Positions 24,865-38,274 of a stretch of 64,000 nucleotides of DNA are shown piece by piece. The stretch spans positions 620,001 to 684,000 of the forward strand of contig MU004190.1 in NCBI GenBank assembly GCA_010093605.1, in the 5' to 3' direction. Numbering within the stretch: the stretch's first letter is position 1; each line of letters begins with the position of its first letter. Source of the DNA: Lophium mytilinum. Lineage: Eukaryota. The notes below the pieces were generated by a model that saw only the letters and a list, made by a program, of their open reading frames with translations, ran no database searches and was not told where the DNA came from. The position numbers and the translations under genes were made by a program.

Positions 24865-26209
24865 ACCCTTCGGAGCTGTACCGGGAATGGGAATACGACG
24901 ATGTGAGGCTGGGAGAGAGTACTTGGTGGAACGGAGGACATGAAAATGTCGGGACAGGTGTCGTGAAGACCATATTGAAAAGCAAGGATGAAGCTACGAA
25001 GTGAGAGAAATAGCAAAGACAAATACGCTCGTTGACTAAACATCAATAATAATGTGAAATGATTGAATATCGCGACTCACAGGTGTCACAGGCTGCTGTA
25101 TGCCGTGTGATCGAGGCTCAAAACGAGTTGGAAGCATCCACTGGATGCTGTGGGTGCTGATGAGACGGAGTGCTCGGAGCTTCCGATATCAGCACCAGAA
25201 TCGGTATGTGATGCGGGTTGACGGTCCAACGATAGGAGACTAGCTGACAATAGCCGCACTGAAAGTTAGAAGACACAAGGGCCGCGGTATCCAGATCTGG
25301 CACCGTACTCCAAACTACGATTCACGCAATTCAAGAGAGAAGAGAGGATTAGTCAACGTATGTATCTGAGTCCAATGAGGAGTAGCAGCTCGCGGTCTGC
25401 AAAGCGGCACACGCGACTTGAAATGATTCCAATGGTGCACTGAGATGACATCAGTCATCATGGCCTCAGCTCTTGTGGTCCCAGCTCTTGTGGCCCCCGG
25501 CAACCGGCACACCGGTCTTAGCTCTAGGGCTGGGGCTGTAAGACGTTGATTAGCCCGGCTATTCCATGCTAGATCGCTTTCTTCACTAACTGAGAGCCCG
25601 TCACAGTGGGCGTGGCACCCTCGAGGTGTTTCAGCCTCTAGGGGCGTGTATGTATGCAGCCGACATGCTGGTCTAATATCGGAAGTCGGCTGTGGTGGCA
25701 ACGAAAGGACGACGCAGCCCTCTCCCTCAACACCAAGGACTCCAAGTTGGGGATGCATATCGGCAGGGTCGTCTCCCGTGAGCCGTGCCGAATTAGCCAG
25801 ATCTTGGCTCGTGGCGTGGCGCCTCCCGCAGCCACTCGCCCAAGATTTGATTCCCAAGCCTGCGGTCCCACAGAAAACATACGTCAACGAACCGCCGGCA
25901 TGGAGTCGCTTCTTTGATAGCGCCCTCCAGCGGAAGCACCGGAGGCAGAACACACTTTCTCGACGCAATCTTCTGCAAATATTGAGGCGTTGAAACGATG
26001 ACCTGCCGCGCTAAAAATAATTTCACTGGTAGTTGATCAGCGCCCAGGAACAATGCTCGCGCGCCAGTCCCACCGCGTCATGCCGAGCTCAGCCCAACAA
26101 CAGGGGGCGGAATGGGCACAGCCTCCAGCCCTGGGGAACTGCTTAATCTTATATACCCGCCCTCCTCCGCGGGTGGCATCAATTCACCTTGTCCCACATT
26201 CTTTGAGCC

Positions 26210-28297
26210 ATGAAGACTTTATCTATAGTGCTGCAGCTGGCTACGGCCCTGTCGTTTGCAGACAGCACGTCTGGTAAGCTTTGTTGACAGCTCCTTCTTA
26301 CCACGAGACACAGCGCTGACTTGCTTAGCAAACGCCATATACCAGGAACCCTCCCTCGAAGTTGCCCGCGCGATCAACGCATGGAAGCGTGCAGCTCCGG
26401 TTGCCCCAGACGGCTACACGCCGGCAGCAGTTGACTGTCCCTCGACGCGCCCTACCATCCGCCTTGCGAACGGCCTCTCGGACGAGGAAACAGCATGGCT
26501 GGAGAAGAGGAGGAGCAACACCGTGTCTCCTATGCGCGAGTTCCTCGTGCGGATGAACATCACCGGATTCGATGCCGGCGCATACGTTGACACCCACGCG
26601 AAGAACACGTCAGCGATGCCAAACGTTGCGATTGCGGTGTCTGGTGGTGGATGGCGAGCGCTTATGAACGGAGCTGGGGCTTTGGCCGCATACGACAACA
26701 GAACGCCTAACGCTACCAACACTGGCCAATTGGGGGGTCTGCTACAATCTGCGACGTATCTAGCGGGTCTATCGGGAGGTGGATGGCTGGTGGGCAGCTT
26801 GTTTGTCAACAACTATACTTCCGTGCAGGACCTCATCAACTCGACTCCAGATCAATCGGGGGATCTGTGGCAGTTCGGCAACTCTATTATCCAGGGTATG
26901 ATTACCTCGAGACCGTTTTCGCACTAGGTTGTGGTACATTGAGTTGCTAATGTTTCCTAGGACCGGAATCTGGCGGGATCCAAATTCTCTCTACCGTTCA
27001 ATACTATGACGATCTTTATGACACTGTCAATGCTAAATCAGAGGCTCGCAACTTCAACACCTCTTTGACCGATTACTGGGGCCGTGCGCTGTCTTTCCAA
27101 TTGGTCAATGCCACCGACGGAGGTCCAGCCTACACCTGGTCTTCAATTGCAAATGACACAGAGTTCGCCGCAGGCAATACTCCCCTACCTATCCTCGTCG
27201 CGGACGGTCGTGCTCCAGGTGAGGTCCTGATCTCTGGAAATGCGACCAACTACGAGTTCAACCCGTGGGAGATGGGTAGCTTCGACCCCACCGTATACGG
27301 CTTTGCCCCACTCAGATATGTCGGCTCAAACTTTACTGGTGGCAAAGTCGATTCCAACCAGCAATGTATCGAGGGCTTTGACAATGTTGGATATGTCATG
27401 GGGACTAGCTCTTCCCTCTTCAACCAACTGATTCTGAATCTCAACTCGACCGACGCTCCGCAACTCCTGAAGTCTGTTATTGGGGACATCCTTACGGATC
27501 TGGGTGAAGACCAGAACGACATCGCGGATTGGACACCCAACCCTTTCTACCACTTCAATAACAAGACAAACCCCAACGCTGCAAACAAGCGTCTTACTCT
27601 TGTCGACGGTGGCGAAGATCTTCAGAATATCCCGCTAAACCCGCTCATCCAGCCTGTCCGTCACGTCGACGTCATCTTTGCTGTCGACTCTTCCGCCGAT
27701 ACTACCACAGACAACGGCGCCGCCAATTGGCCTAATGGCACTTCTCTCGTCGCAACCTATCAACGCTCGCTGAACGAGACGATCGAAAACGGCACTGCCT
27801 TCCCTTCAATCCCAGACCAAAACACCTTCGTCAACTTAGGCCTGAACAAGCGCCCAACTTTCTTCGGCTGCGACAGCTCTAACTTCACCGGAGACGCGCC
27901 CCTCGTTGTCTACGTCCCCAATACACCCTACGTCTACAACTCTAATGTCTCCACCTTCACACTCTCGTACAACAACACCGAGCGCAACGCCATCATCGAG
28001 AACGGCTACGACGTCGCCACGATGGCCAACGGCACACTCGATGCGGACTTCCCCGCCTGCGTGGGCTGTGCGGTACTGAGTCGGTCTTTGGCCAGGACAG
28101 GCACGACGGTTCCAGATGTGTGCAAGACATGCTTCACAAAGTACTGCTGGGATGGCACGCTCAATAGCACGAATCCCGGGAAGACGTTCGCATCAAGTAA
28201 GCTAGTGCAGATTAAGGTGTCTGCAGCCGGTACATTCGTGCCGAACGCGGTGGGTCTGATTGCTGCAATGGCCGCAGCTGTTTTATTGATCTTGTAG
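26210..28297 (+). CDS. PLB1: Secreted, probably GPI-anchored lysophospholipase / phospholipase B; 3 exons
   Basis: Signal peptide [24 protein letters not shown], catalytic [30 protein letters not shown] and a hydrophobic C-terminal tail ([16 protein letters not shown]). Confidence 0.93.
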
Positions 28298-29094
28298 AGC
28301 TATTGAGAAGCTAGTTAAGCAGTCACGAAAAGGACAGGATGGTTATGATGGGATTTCGATAGGCGGGTGGTGTTTTGCATTGACGGCGTTGGATTGGGAT
28401 CTGGCGATTATTTTACGCATTTGGATTCGCTTCTAGTGTAGCATATCGAATGGAACCTGAGATTTCGAAGCAAGTTGCTCTATACAGACAGTGTGATGGG
28501 CGTTTGGGCGCTGAGCTGAGTTGAAGTAGGTTGTTAAAGGTCACATGATGAGACAACCTAGCCGGATTAGGCCGGACCCACTCAACCTCAATTCAACCTC
28601 TTCCCTTCTTTAACGCTGACCTCCTCTCAATGTGTAAAATACAAGTAGATTGCACCAAAAACTGCTGAGCTACTAGATTCCTCAATGATACCTCTTGTCA
28701 AGTAACGTTTGCGTTGCAAAGTCGCCTCGCCGGCAATGGACCGATGCATCATGGAGCTCCGTGTTGCTGTTCACAAAACTGCGATATCCGACATTGTACA
28801 GTTCTCGCAGACTTCCTCGAGGACGTAACTTTCTGGAATCAGCAATAGTTTACATCAAAGTGTGTAAAGAATGAAAACGAAGTCCGTGGTAGGCGCATGC
28901 CCCCGCAACCCCACATTTCGCTTGACCTTGTCCGAACATCTCCCTCCTTCCTTTAGCCTACTACCACGTCCCAGTAACTTGCACTCATGACCTTCAAAAG
29001 GGGAACACAAACAAATAACAAAGCAACACCAAGGCTTCTCATAGACGCAGCTTGAAGTGACGGATACCATTTTCCAACCCAGAAGCTCTGCTTT

Positions 29095-29607
29095 TCAGTT
29101 TCTATTCGCCATCATCTTCTCAAAAGAGCAACTACACGCCTCAATCGTATTCCCCCACGGATCCAGCACATACAAAGCCACCGTCCTGACCTCCTCCCCC
29201 TCCGTACTCGCCGGACTCACCGTCTCCCCAATCTTCCTCCCGCCCGCTGCCACCACCCGTGCACACAGCGCCTCGGGATCCGGGTCCGTGACCGCGAAGT
29301 GGAACACGCCGCCGCGGGTATAGTCAAACGATGCGGGCGCGCTCATCGGCGGGTCGATGAACTGGAATAGCTCGAAACCTACGCTGTTCCCTGTTGCGAG
29401 GAATGCGACTTTGACTTTGTGCAGGCGGGAGTCGTAGATGCGGAAGATGGGGGCCGAGGGGTCGGTGGAGCGGTCTGTGCAGCGGGGCAGGTTTTGGAGT
29501 TTGCGGAAGCCGAGGACGCGGGTGTAGAAGGTTATTGCGGCGTCGAGGTCGGGGACGTGGAGAGCGATGTGGTTGAGGACGCGGTTGAAGGGGGTGGCTT
29601 CTGCCAT
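29095..29607 (-). CDS. Glyoxalase/bleomycin-resistance (VOC) family protein
   Basis: NHIALHVPDLDAAITFYTRVLGF, GFELFQF, GVFHFAVT and YVLDPWGNTIE are VOC metal-binding motifs. Confidence 0.9.
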   Translation of the reverse strand: MAEATPFNRVLNHIALHVPDLDAAITFYTRVLGFRKLQNLPRCTDRSTDPSAPIFRIYDSRLHKVKVAFLATGNSVGFELFQFIDPPMSAPASFDYTRGGVFHFAVTDPDPEALCARVVAAGGRKIGETVSPASTEGEEVRTVALYVLDPWGNTIEACSCSFEKMMANRN

Positions 29608-30428
29608 TCTGGGGTGGTGGTGGTGCTGCTGAATGAGCTATGGTTTGTAGCTCGGTAGGTGGGCTGGGTTAGAAGGAATTTAGGAGTGTGGCTACTTACG
29701 TTTGATGAAGAATGAGTACTCGAATGAAATTTGAGGGTAAGAGTGTTTGTGAGGTAGGATAACGGTTTATGGACAAGTCAGTGGCCTGGCCTCTCATTGA
29801 AAGAGGGGCCAGCTCTCCTTTATTTAGGTCGCTATGCTACGCCCGCCAGTGCACCGCACCCCCCTCAATCTGCCTCAAATACATTCAATCCGGGGGAACA
29901 TAAGCACTAATCGGGTGACTACGCGCCTCTGACGACCTATAGACACGAGTATTAAGCGAATGGGCAATTGGATCATCAGAATCTGGATAACATGAACCGG
30001 CACCTCGTAGGACTGGCTAGTTTCCACGGAAGTCTAACCCCTCGTCTTAGAACCAAGGTACACCGTTTGAGCGCAGGAAAGCAGGATTTCACTAATATAG
30101 CATAGGGTAGAAACGTGCATGTGAGTAAAGCAATAATTGCCTAATTCTGTAAATTTTCAATGCTATGACGGAACTCTCGACCTGAGAAAATTTCAAAAGA
30201 ATGAACTCAAGTTAGGAAACAAAATTCTACTTGCTTCTGTTCACACTAATAGATGCTAAAACATCAACATACAAACTCAAAACTCCGAAACTTTGTAACT
30301 CCGTAAATGGATCTACGCAGAGAGATCAGCAAGGTCTGTCACAACAGCCACCTGCTTATTGCTCGGCAATGCCCGATGCTGTATGCATTGAAGTGGATCC
30401 TTCTCTTGGATCCCCATTCCCTGTAATG

Positions 30429-31190
30429 CTAAATGTCTTCCCAGTCGTCGGAATCGTCTGCGTGCTCATCGTACACGTCTTGAGTTGCTTGCGTTTTTTC
30501 GTTTGAGTTCTCCGAACCAATGCTCTCTTGCTGCGCAAAGGCAGAATCAGGAAACTCGTCCTTTTCGGTAGGCTGCTGCTGTTCGTCCAGCGCCGGAGTC
30601 GCTATATCGCTAGGAAGTTGATCCGCTCCCAAAGTCAGCCTAGCGAATATCTCCGTAAGGCCCGCATTGGCCTTCAGTTGAAATTCCTCCCACTGCGATC
30701 GAGCTAGTCGGATCTTCTCTCCCAGCTTGCAGTATTCTAGCTGAAGCTTCTGCTTTGATTGTTCTTGGCCTGCAACCTTGACATTGATAGCTTCCATCCT
30801 GTCAAGGAGCGCCGGGGGTACCCAGCCCATGCTGAGAGCATAGTCCAAGTCCTTACCGAGAGATTCCAACATTTTCTTGTTCAAGAACAGGGCCCATTTG
30901 TGGTGTTGGAGCTGCACATCAATAGCCGCTTGCTGCGTTTCTAAACGCGACTGCTCGCCCTCGTAGTCCGCCCGACTTTCCCAGGCAAATTGCATTGTGA
31001 GTACGAGGCCCATGGGACCTTCGACGGTTATAGAGGCCTTTTGGTTGCCTTGATGGTGGCCAGACTTGCTTGCGTGGTCATTGGGATGGGAGCTGCTCGA
31101 CATCTTGTTTGCGATATCCCGGTTTGCCACTATTGTATGGGATTGTATCCCTGAGTTCGGAGAGACTCGACGGTGGGTTCGGTCCGACAC
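30429..31190 (-). CDS. Coiled-coil hypothetical protein, family A copy 1 (C-terminally short)
   Basis: 253-codon ORF. SRADYEGEQSRLETQQA and KLGEKIRLARSQWEEFQLKANAGL align by eye with 32134..33384 (RSDMEREQSRLGMKQA; ALGRQIRRLRHSWEKCQLETNGAL). Confidence 0.65.
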   Translation of the reverse strand: MSDRTHRRVSPNSGIQSHTIVANRDIANKMSSSSHPNDHASKSGHHQGNQKASITVEGPMGLVLTMQFAWESRADYEGEQSRLETQQAAIDVQLQHHKWALFLNKKMLESLGKDLDYALSMGWVPPALLDRMEAINVKVAGQEQSKQKLQLEYCKLGEKIRLARSQWEEFQLKANAGLTEIFARLTLGADQLPSDIATPALDEQQQPTEKDEFPDSAFAQQESIGSENSNEKTQATQDVYDEHADDSDDWEDI

Positions 31191-32133
31191 AGTACTTTGG
31201 AGTTGGTGGGGACGGTGTGTTTGGTGTGTTTGGTGGTGGTGGTATGCGGTGTTTCCAGTAGGTGATTGGGGATGATTGCTAGAAAGAAAACGCTTATTTA
31301 TACGTGGATTTACAATGTATCAAACAATAAGTCACGTACGAAGGGAACAATGAATTCTATCATTGTGTAGCAATTCTGATCTCCGAAAGCATGCAAATGC
31401 AGCTGGCTTGTGGTGGCCTTGGCGCGGCCGCCGTCTAGTGAATTTTAGCACTGCTCTGAGCTATTTAGGACTGCGTGTTTGACGGTTTATACCTTTTACC
31501 AACATTCATGAGTATTGACCGAGGCGAGTCTTACCATGCGCCTTGGCGTGAACGGATTCACCTCCACAATTCTCTAGAGAGATGGCTCTGCTTGGCTTGA
31601 TCATATTGCACCACCATGTCACTGAGTGCAAGGAGAAGAGGATTGAGGAGGGCTAAAACTACTAACTTGAGACTACCAACCGTCCGAAACTAGCGAAGCG
31701 TCGATGTAGCAGTCTAGTAAGCAAGGTTTAAGTGCTAACGCCCTCTACATTGATGGGATGGTCACTAGCGGAGTTTTCACGCCTAGCAAGCAAAAAGTAA
31801 ACCGGCGTTGCATCAGCAATCACTGTTGCTTTTATTAACTTGCCGGCATTTCGCCCAGGTTCCATTTTCTCTTTGACCGCCTTATCCTTGCCTCTCACTC
31901 TCCCGGAGGACCCGCAAAACTTGTGATGAACTTTTCTCTCCTTGTAGACAGCTTCTCTGCACAACAGTAGAAACAAGAAGATAGATGTTTATTATGTTCT
32001 AAGAAATCCCCCAACACAAAATTTGCTACTTGCAAAATCAACCACATACCGCATGCCCAGCACGACCATGGCATCCTTCGAAGCACAATCCGCTCCCGGT
32101 CTCAAAGGTCTCCTCTACCTAGGATCAATTACC

Positions 32134-33384
32134 CTAGGAATTTCCACCACTACGGGCATGGCAATCAATCCTCCTTCGCTGATCGCCTGTTGCAACAACG
32201 CTTACACTATCCAAGCGTTTCTCTGAATCGAAACCCCATTCATCGAATTCGGGAGGTGACGGAGGACCTGTCGTATAAGGCATATCTTGGCCGTCCACCC
32301 ACGATTGAATGCTAGCCCGCTTATCTTCCTTCAAAGGGATGAAGTGGCATCCTTCATAGCCGTCGTCAGGGTGATCCCCGAATCCTGATTTCTGGTCGTA
32401 CATAACCCAAAGTAATCCGGCCGCTTTCGCCTTCTGCCTTGTAATCTTGAGAGCTTCCTCCGCCTCGATAAGCCGCCTCGTCGCTTTACGCCCCTGGTAG
32501 AGATGAAGAACATCAAACTCTTCCTTCACTTGTAGGGGCGGGCGGTGTGCCTCGGACCTATAATAGAGCTTTAGGTCACGCTCGTACCCGGTTTGATGGT
32601 TTTCAAATTCCTTTCGCGCCCGGGCGAGCGTGTTCTCCGCGTCGTGCAAGATTTTCTCTGCTTGGTCCTCTTCCTGAGCCTGCAAAATATCATCTTGATC
32701 CTGTTCGCGCTCACCGATCTGGATGTCTCCCCCCAACAGATCCTCTCCATCGGAAATATGAGTCGCTGAGACCCCAGAGATGGATTTTGATATCAGGTGG
32801 GGGGCTTCCACATCTGGCAGGTCGTATTTGCGTATTTCTTCTTCAAGCGCACCGTTCGTTTCCAGCTGACACTTCTCCCAACTATGGCGGAGGCGTCGGA
32901 TCTGCCTCCCCAGAGCTTTTTCCTCCTTCTCCAGAGACGCTTTAGAGACTTGCAGCTTCTTAATAGCCGTCCGAAGTCCCTCAATCTCCCCGATAAGCTT
33001 CTCGGAGTGTCTCCCTGGGCTGTGGAGCATCTCTAGCTCTTTCAACCGCTCGGCCTTGAAGAACAATGTGCCCCCGACAGCTTGTATCTTCTCGAACGCT
33101 AAAGCTTGCTTCATCCCTAAGCGGCTCTGCTCCCTCTCCATGTCGCTTCTTACTACCAGCACTAATTTGACCTTGAGTATGACATCCATGGGAATAGCGA
33201 TTGTAGCAATGCTCCTATAGGTACGGTCAGTAAGTCTCGTAATCGATACAAGGGACGAAGTGTTAATGCCTTTTAGATTGATAAGAACGTACCTATGATG
33301 GACCTCAAAATCCCTATCCGGCTCAATCTCGGGGCCTTTGGAGTCAGACGTCGTCTTCCAGCTGCTTGACGAAAATTGAGACAT
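32134..33384 (-). CDS. Coiled-coil hypothetical protein, family A copy 2
   Basis: 416-codon ORF. C-terminal TRRLIEAEE...DHPDDGY...DEW...DSVSVVATGDQRRRID is shared with 36784..38274. Confidence 0.8.
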   Translation of the reverse strand: MSQFSSSSWKTTSDSKGPEIEPDRDFEVHHRYVLINLKGINTSSLVSITRLTDRTYRSIATIAIPMDVILKVKLVLVVRSDMEREQSRLGMKQALAFEKIQAVGGTLFFKAERLKELEMLHSPGRHSEKLIGEIEGLRTAIKKLQVSKASLEKEEKALGRQIRRLRHSWEKCQLETNGALEEEIRKYDLPDVEAPHLISKSISGVSATHISDGEDLLGGDIQIGEREQDQDDILQAQEEDQAEKILHDAENTLARARKEFENHQTGYERDLKLYYRSEAHRPPLQVKEEFDVLHLYQGRKATRRLIEAEEALKITRQKAKAAGLLWVMYDQKSGFGDHPDDGYEGCHFIPLKEDKRASIQSWVDGQDMPYTTGPPSPPEFDEWGFDSEKRLDSVSVVATGDQRRRIDCHARSGGNS

Positions 33385-33827
33385 TGCTTTGGTCTCGATG
33401 CTATTGGACCTCCTGGTATAAAGATGCTAAACTCAAATACTTCTGCCCGAACGCGATGCAAGAAGATGAAACGGCTTGGCTCCGAATAATACCGATAAAA
33501 AGGGCCACAGCCTGGTTGATACGAGGTGCTGTTAAAGGAGGTGGTGGTTGTGGTGGTTTTGGTGGGTGAGTAGGATTCGCCTTACACGATTTCCCAAAGA
33601 GGCCCTAACTTATATACTCCGAATATCGAACAGTGATTCACTGAGGGACTGAGCAGCCAAGTGTTGGATCATAGTTACGTCTTCGAGGTCAGCTTCAAGT
33701 GAATCTCAGGACTGCAGAATCACTTTCCCCTTGGTCTATATATCTATCAACTTTCATGAGTATAATGTTTCAACAACACCACCAACTCTAGACTACCCAC
33801 CACCACCACCGCGATCACTAATGAGAA

Positions 33828-35087
33828 ATGGAAGAACGATTCCAAGGTCCCCGCGAGAGAGTTAGTTCATTGGAAAATGGCAAAGCCAAGGACCGATCCG
33901 GGGAGATGATGGTAAGCTCACCGTTCATATGTTATATTGCATAATACTAACCTAAACTTCTCAATAGCCTCCTCCCCCTTTGCCCACATCTGGTAGCCAT
34001 CCGAAACGTATACCGCATCAACTGGTCGCGTTTCGCCGACGTTCTCCTCAGAGCTCTGTGGGAACACACTCACGGCAGCTCCTGGAATCCTCTGATCAGG
34101 ACATCAATTTAGATGACGACCCTGAGGACGCAACTGTGAGTCACTAGCCCCTTTTTTGCGAATCAACCAAGGCTAATTATCTACTTGTAGAAGGACCTAA
34201 AGCTACCTGATGTGGGAGCACAATCAAACACTACTCAACGATATCGCCCGGGTGCATTTGGCCGCCCTCTTGGCCAGTGGGTGGAGAAGAAAGCGGTCAC
34301 GACTTCGGCTTCGTCACGTCGAGACAACTCCCACCAGTATCCCAGCCAGTTAAATACTTGGAGGTCACAAGCATCGAATCTGGGTCAACCCTCTAACACT
34401 CCTGCCGCCAACGCGAACGCGAACGGAACACCCCTCACCACCCCTTCAACCACCACGCAGGGGAAACGGAAATGGGATCAGCCTTCGTCGATTTTGGTAA
34501 ACTGGCTTAGGAAAGCAGTGGCGAGTGGCGATTGGGACGGTAATCTCGTCGACGAATTCCTCCACCAGAGGCCCAAGATTGCTCGTGTTCGCGGCTCTGG
34601 TCGGGGTGTGCCGCAGCCGATTTCTCTCGAAGCTCTCAAGGTTGCCAAAATCATCCTTCACGATGATGTGACAGCGCTTGTCGATCCAGACATCAAGTCT
34701 GGAGACCCAATCCGAGTGGATACGCCAAGCGGTCCCCGATCGGCCAAAAGGAGAAACTCGATCATTATGGAGTACAAGAGCGAGAAGGTGGCTGTGTGTG
34801 TCCGCATCACAACACACGGAGAGCGAGGGATCTCATTCATCAGGCCTCAATTTAGGAGCAACCACCTTGGCATCCGCCTGGCGAATGACGCTACTTACGT
34901 CAACCATGCCAACGGACCCGAGCTCCTCGCGAATGCAACCGCGGGTTTCAAGCTGTCGCCCAATTCCTACGTCATCTTGGAATGCTTTGATTACCATGTC
35001 AAAGGCAACGAATTCATCAATGGTGAACTGTGCCCTGACAGTTTTGCGGAGCTTACCAAAGAGCTCACCAAGAAAGGCCAACTGTAG
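33828..35087 (+). CDS. Hypothetical protein with C-terminal DUF6590-like domain, family B copy 1; 3 exons
   Basis: ATG at 33828, with introns starting GTAAGC (~33912) and GTGAGT (~34136) and ending TAG at 33968 and 34190, joins in frame to the 34212 ORF. Domain DPDIKSGDP...GPRSAKRRNSII...VRITTHGERGI. Confidence 0.7.
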
Positions 35088-36783
35088 GATGGGGAAAGAT
35101 TGCGAGTCGCAGAGTCAAGCCATTTTTTGGATTCTAGAGAGGTTTCACGAGTTGGAAACTTTGTGCTTATAGGACCCCTTCGAAGTATTTGTACAAGCTA
35201 AAATTCAATGTGAGACGCTGAGTACCAACTAGCCATGTATGTCAGGTGCCTACGCACTCTCAATGTGATAGGAAGGTTTACTGTCAAAGATACCGTCATC
35301 GTGCTAAGCACCACCCGCGGTGACCAAGTTCACACATCTCCTCCACATGAAGACTGCACTTCGACAACACGCCAGAGTGATGGTTCAAGAGTGACAGTAC
35401 TAATATGAGCAACGCGTACGGTCAAACGCTTCTAGGCGTCAGGCTGGAAAGCTTGAAACCCTCAAAGAACATATATCTCCACTTGACCAGAAGTTGCCCG
35501 CACTTGCGAAAGTGAAGCGAGACAATCGAGGGCTTTCTGACTACCGGCAGGCATAATGAACTTATGAGGCGCTGCTAAGAGTTCCTGTAACGAACCTCAA
35601 AGCGAATTACCACACGACACTACTAGTAATGGTAGAGACTCGTGAAATTGGTCTCGGAGCCCAAAGTCGTTCTGTCCGAAGCAAGGTTCTTTTGGCTAGA
35701 GCTCGGGGTTCTTGGGACCCTGTACGTATCATGATTAACGGCTTAGAAGACAGTGTCATCTAATTGGAAAACCTTGTGATCCTTCTAGTCGAGCATAGGA
35801 TGTAGAAACAACGCATTTAGCAAAAAGTCAATGTTAAACTAGTTAAGGTCTAGACTAACACTTCACACTTCAAATATGTTCCCTAACTATTCTGCACTCT
35901 TCTTGAATTGACGTTGCCCAGCAATCTCTCGATACCGGTGATTTCTTGAATGCTGAGTGTAAGACATTGGCCGCACAAAATTTCCGAATGTTTAACAGTG
36001 TCTAGTTCTGTGAGACCTTATCTTGATTTAATTTGATACTAACTACAACGGTCCTAGGGGGATCATATGACTACGATTCACTGGTAAGCAATTTTTTTGA
36101 AGTACCAGAATGGATTTACAGACTTTTTGATGTCAGGAGTCACATTACCGGACTACTAACTTTCAAGTTCGAATGCAATACCAATTACCTGAACTATGTG
36201 TCTCGGGTAGGAACTGGAGTTGAGGAAGGAAGATAGGGGCGCTTAATTCACGACCACTTTGAACTCGTTCGCGCGCATGAATAGATACACTATCGAGCTA
36301 AGGGATACTATGGAGATCTTTAATTCACTGACGCCGGCAAGCTGCCGATTGCCGCTCGATGAGTACATTGCACGGCTGCAAAAGCAAAACATCGGTATCA
36401 TAGCCCCTAGCATGGAGAGGTAATGGCGTCTCTTCACGACTAGATTTCCATCACTGGACTCGACGGGCGCTGAAAATCGAACGTATTACTTCTTGTTCAT
36501 CTTAGCTACCCACAGTGGCTAACAAAGAGGGATTTAGAGTTTCTGGATTGAGCGAGTCTATCTATGTCGGGCTTCCTTTGCATGTATTGTGTAATATAAG
36601 TGTGTTAATTTTAATCTTGCAAGCACATGATTATACAGAGACAGGGCTACTAATCCTCGGGTCTCGACAAAGCTTACATACGGTACCTAGATACAAGGAA
36701 GAAAAGGGTCTTGAAAAACCGTTCTACTTGTTTGTGGTACTATTGATGGTAAAACAATCCATCATCTATGTCAACACCAAAAG

Positions 36784-38274
36784 CTAATAATGACCTAAAG
36801 TGCGAGCCCGGCGATCGATGCGCCTCCGCTCCGCTCCCTCTGCTATCATACTGATACTATCCCATGGCTTTTTCAACTCGATCGGCCACTCATCTACGTG
36901 AGGAGTAGAGATCGAAGTGGCATCCTCAAATGGACCTTCTTGACCAAGTATCCATTGCTCAATGCGACCTCGATCTCGATCCGTCTCCGCTGCTATCTCT
37001 CTCTCCTCACTTTCCCGGTACCCGTCATCCGGATGATCAACACACTGCGAAGTTCCATCATAATCGTACCAGTAGCACCCAATTGCTCTTGCGTCTCGTA
37101 TTGCAGCCTCCAGCTCTTCCTCGGCTTCGATCAAGCGTCTAGTGAGCTTCGAACGCTCCAACAAATAGATGTGATCGTACTCCATTCTCAGGTCTGCATC
37201 GGGGCGATTGATCTGGCTTTTGGCATAGGACTCAAAGTCGAAGTCGTATCCATATGCGTGCCTATCGTAGTGCGATTCGAAGGCTCGATATGCATGCTCG
37301 TAGAGGAATCGCTTGTCCGCCACTTTCTGCTCCGCTAGTTCGATAGCTCCATTATGTTGCTGTGTATCCATACACGGTGGCTCCAGAGCTACCAGGTCTG
37401 TTGATTTTTCGTTCTGATGATTCATTGAGAGCTCTTCAGGTGGGAAAATACCACAACCAACAAAAACATCCTCTAAGACTAGGTCGACTGATTGTTGCAA
37501 GGCTTCCCAACGATCCTGCACGGCTTTGAGCTGGTCAGATAACTCTTCGTTTTGATCTTCGAAGCCTTCTCGAATACGTCTTCCAAGATTAGTGGCGTCT
37601 TGGAGCTCTCTGATGGTTTGTCTTTCGCTTTCAGAAAGGTCCCCGTTCCCATCTGCTTTCTTTTGCAGTCTCCTTAATTGCTTCTCTTTCCTTATGAGAT
37701 CTACTAAGGCATGTTGGTCCTTCCAATGTAAATCCTGTCGCTTCTCTTCAACTTCAGCTCTCGTTGCTCGCAATTCTCGTTTCGCCCATAGAGCATCCTG
37801 AAACTGTAGAGAAAGCTCACGGGATAGGAGAAGGGCAATCAGTCCTGGTGTCTCATCGCCAACGATGACCATCTTCGCGGGTCCGGAATAACACGTTCCA
37901 TCTGAAACATCTGATATGTTAAAGTTCCTTATGGCCGGTCTCCTTACTTTGACATCAACGCTGGTGGATCTTTTCGGCAGCCCCGTAGCGCTAACACCTT
38001 TCTTCAGAACTCTAGACGCATGATTCGGCGTCATGATTAGCTCGAGCTGGGTGCCTGAGACTCGCTGGCCGCTGAGGTTGAGGTATGTACCCGCTTTCCT
38101 CGCAGATTTTCGAGTCCCGCTATTTGAGGTCTTTCGCACGCGACTGTCTTTCAGAACTCGAAACAGACTCCACAAGCTAATGCCAGGCGGTGGAAAGATT
38201 GCGGTCATACGTTGTCTCCAGAGACGCCGTACCCACTCGTTCGCGGTCCCCATCATGTGAGTCAGATGGAGCAT
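36784..38274 (-). CDS. Coiled-coil hypothetical protein, family A copy 3
   Basis: 496-codon ORF. TRRLIEAEEELE...DHPDDGYRES...DEW...DSISMIAEGAERRRID. The true start may be internal (MTPNH, 38034). Confidence 0.8.
   Translation of the reverse strand: MLHLTHMMGTANEWVRRLWRQRMTAIFPPPGISLWSLFRVLKDSRVRKTSNSGTRKSARKAGTYLNLSGQRVSGTQLELIMTPNHASRVLKKGVSATGLPKRSTSVDVKVRRPAIRNFNISDVSDGTCYSGPAKMVIVGDETPGLIALLLSRELSLQFQDALWAKRELRATRAEVEEKRQDLHWKDQHALVDLIRKEKQLRRLQKKADGNGDLSESERQTIRELQDATNLGRRIREGFEDQNEELSDQLKAVQDRWEALQQSVDLVLEDVFVGCGIFPPEELSMNHQNEKSTDLVALEPPCMDTQQHNGAIELAEQKVADKRFLYEHAYRAFESHYDRHAYGYDFDFESYAKSQINRPDADLRMEYDHIYLLERSKLTRRLIEAEEELEAAIRDARAIGCYWYDYDGTSQCVDHPDDGYRESEEREIAAETDRDRGRIEQWILGQEGPFEDATSISTPHVDEWPIELKKPWDSISMIAEGAERRRIDRRARTLGHY

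Noticed and set aside
24325..24985. Antisense and alternative-frame repeat ORFs over the precursor
   Set aside because: These are shadows of the repeat; only the plus frame has a signal peptide and conserved units.
25315..25993. 217-aa and 115-aa ORFs upstream of PLB
   Set aside because: No domain or codon bias; probably promoter DNA.
26210..29607. Phospholipase B and VOC genes as members of the RiPP cluster
   Set aside because: PLB is a common housekeeping/secreted enzyme, and nothing beyond proximity links either gene to the pair.
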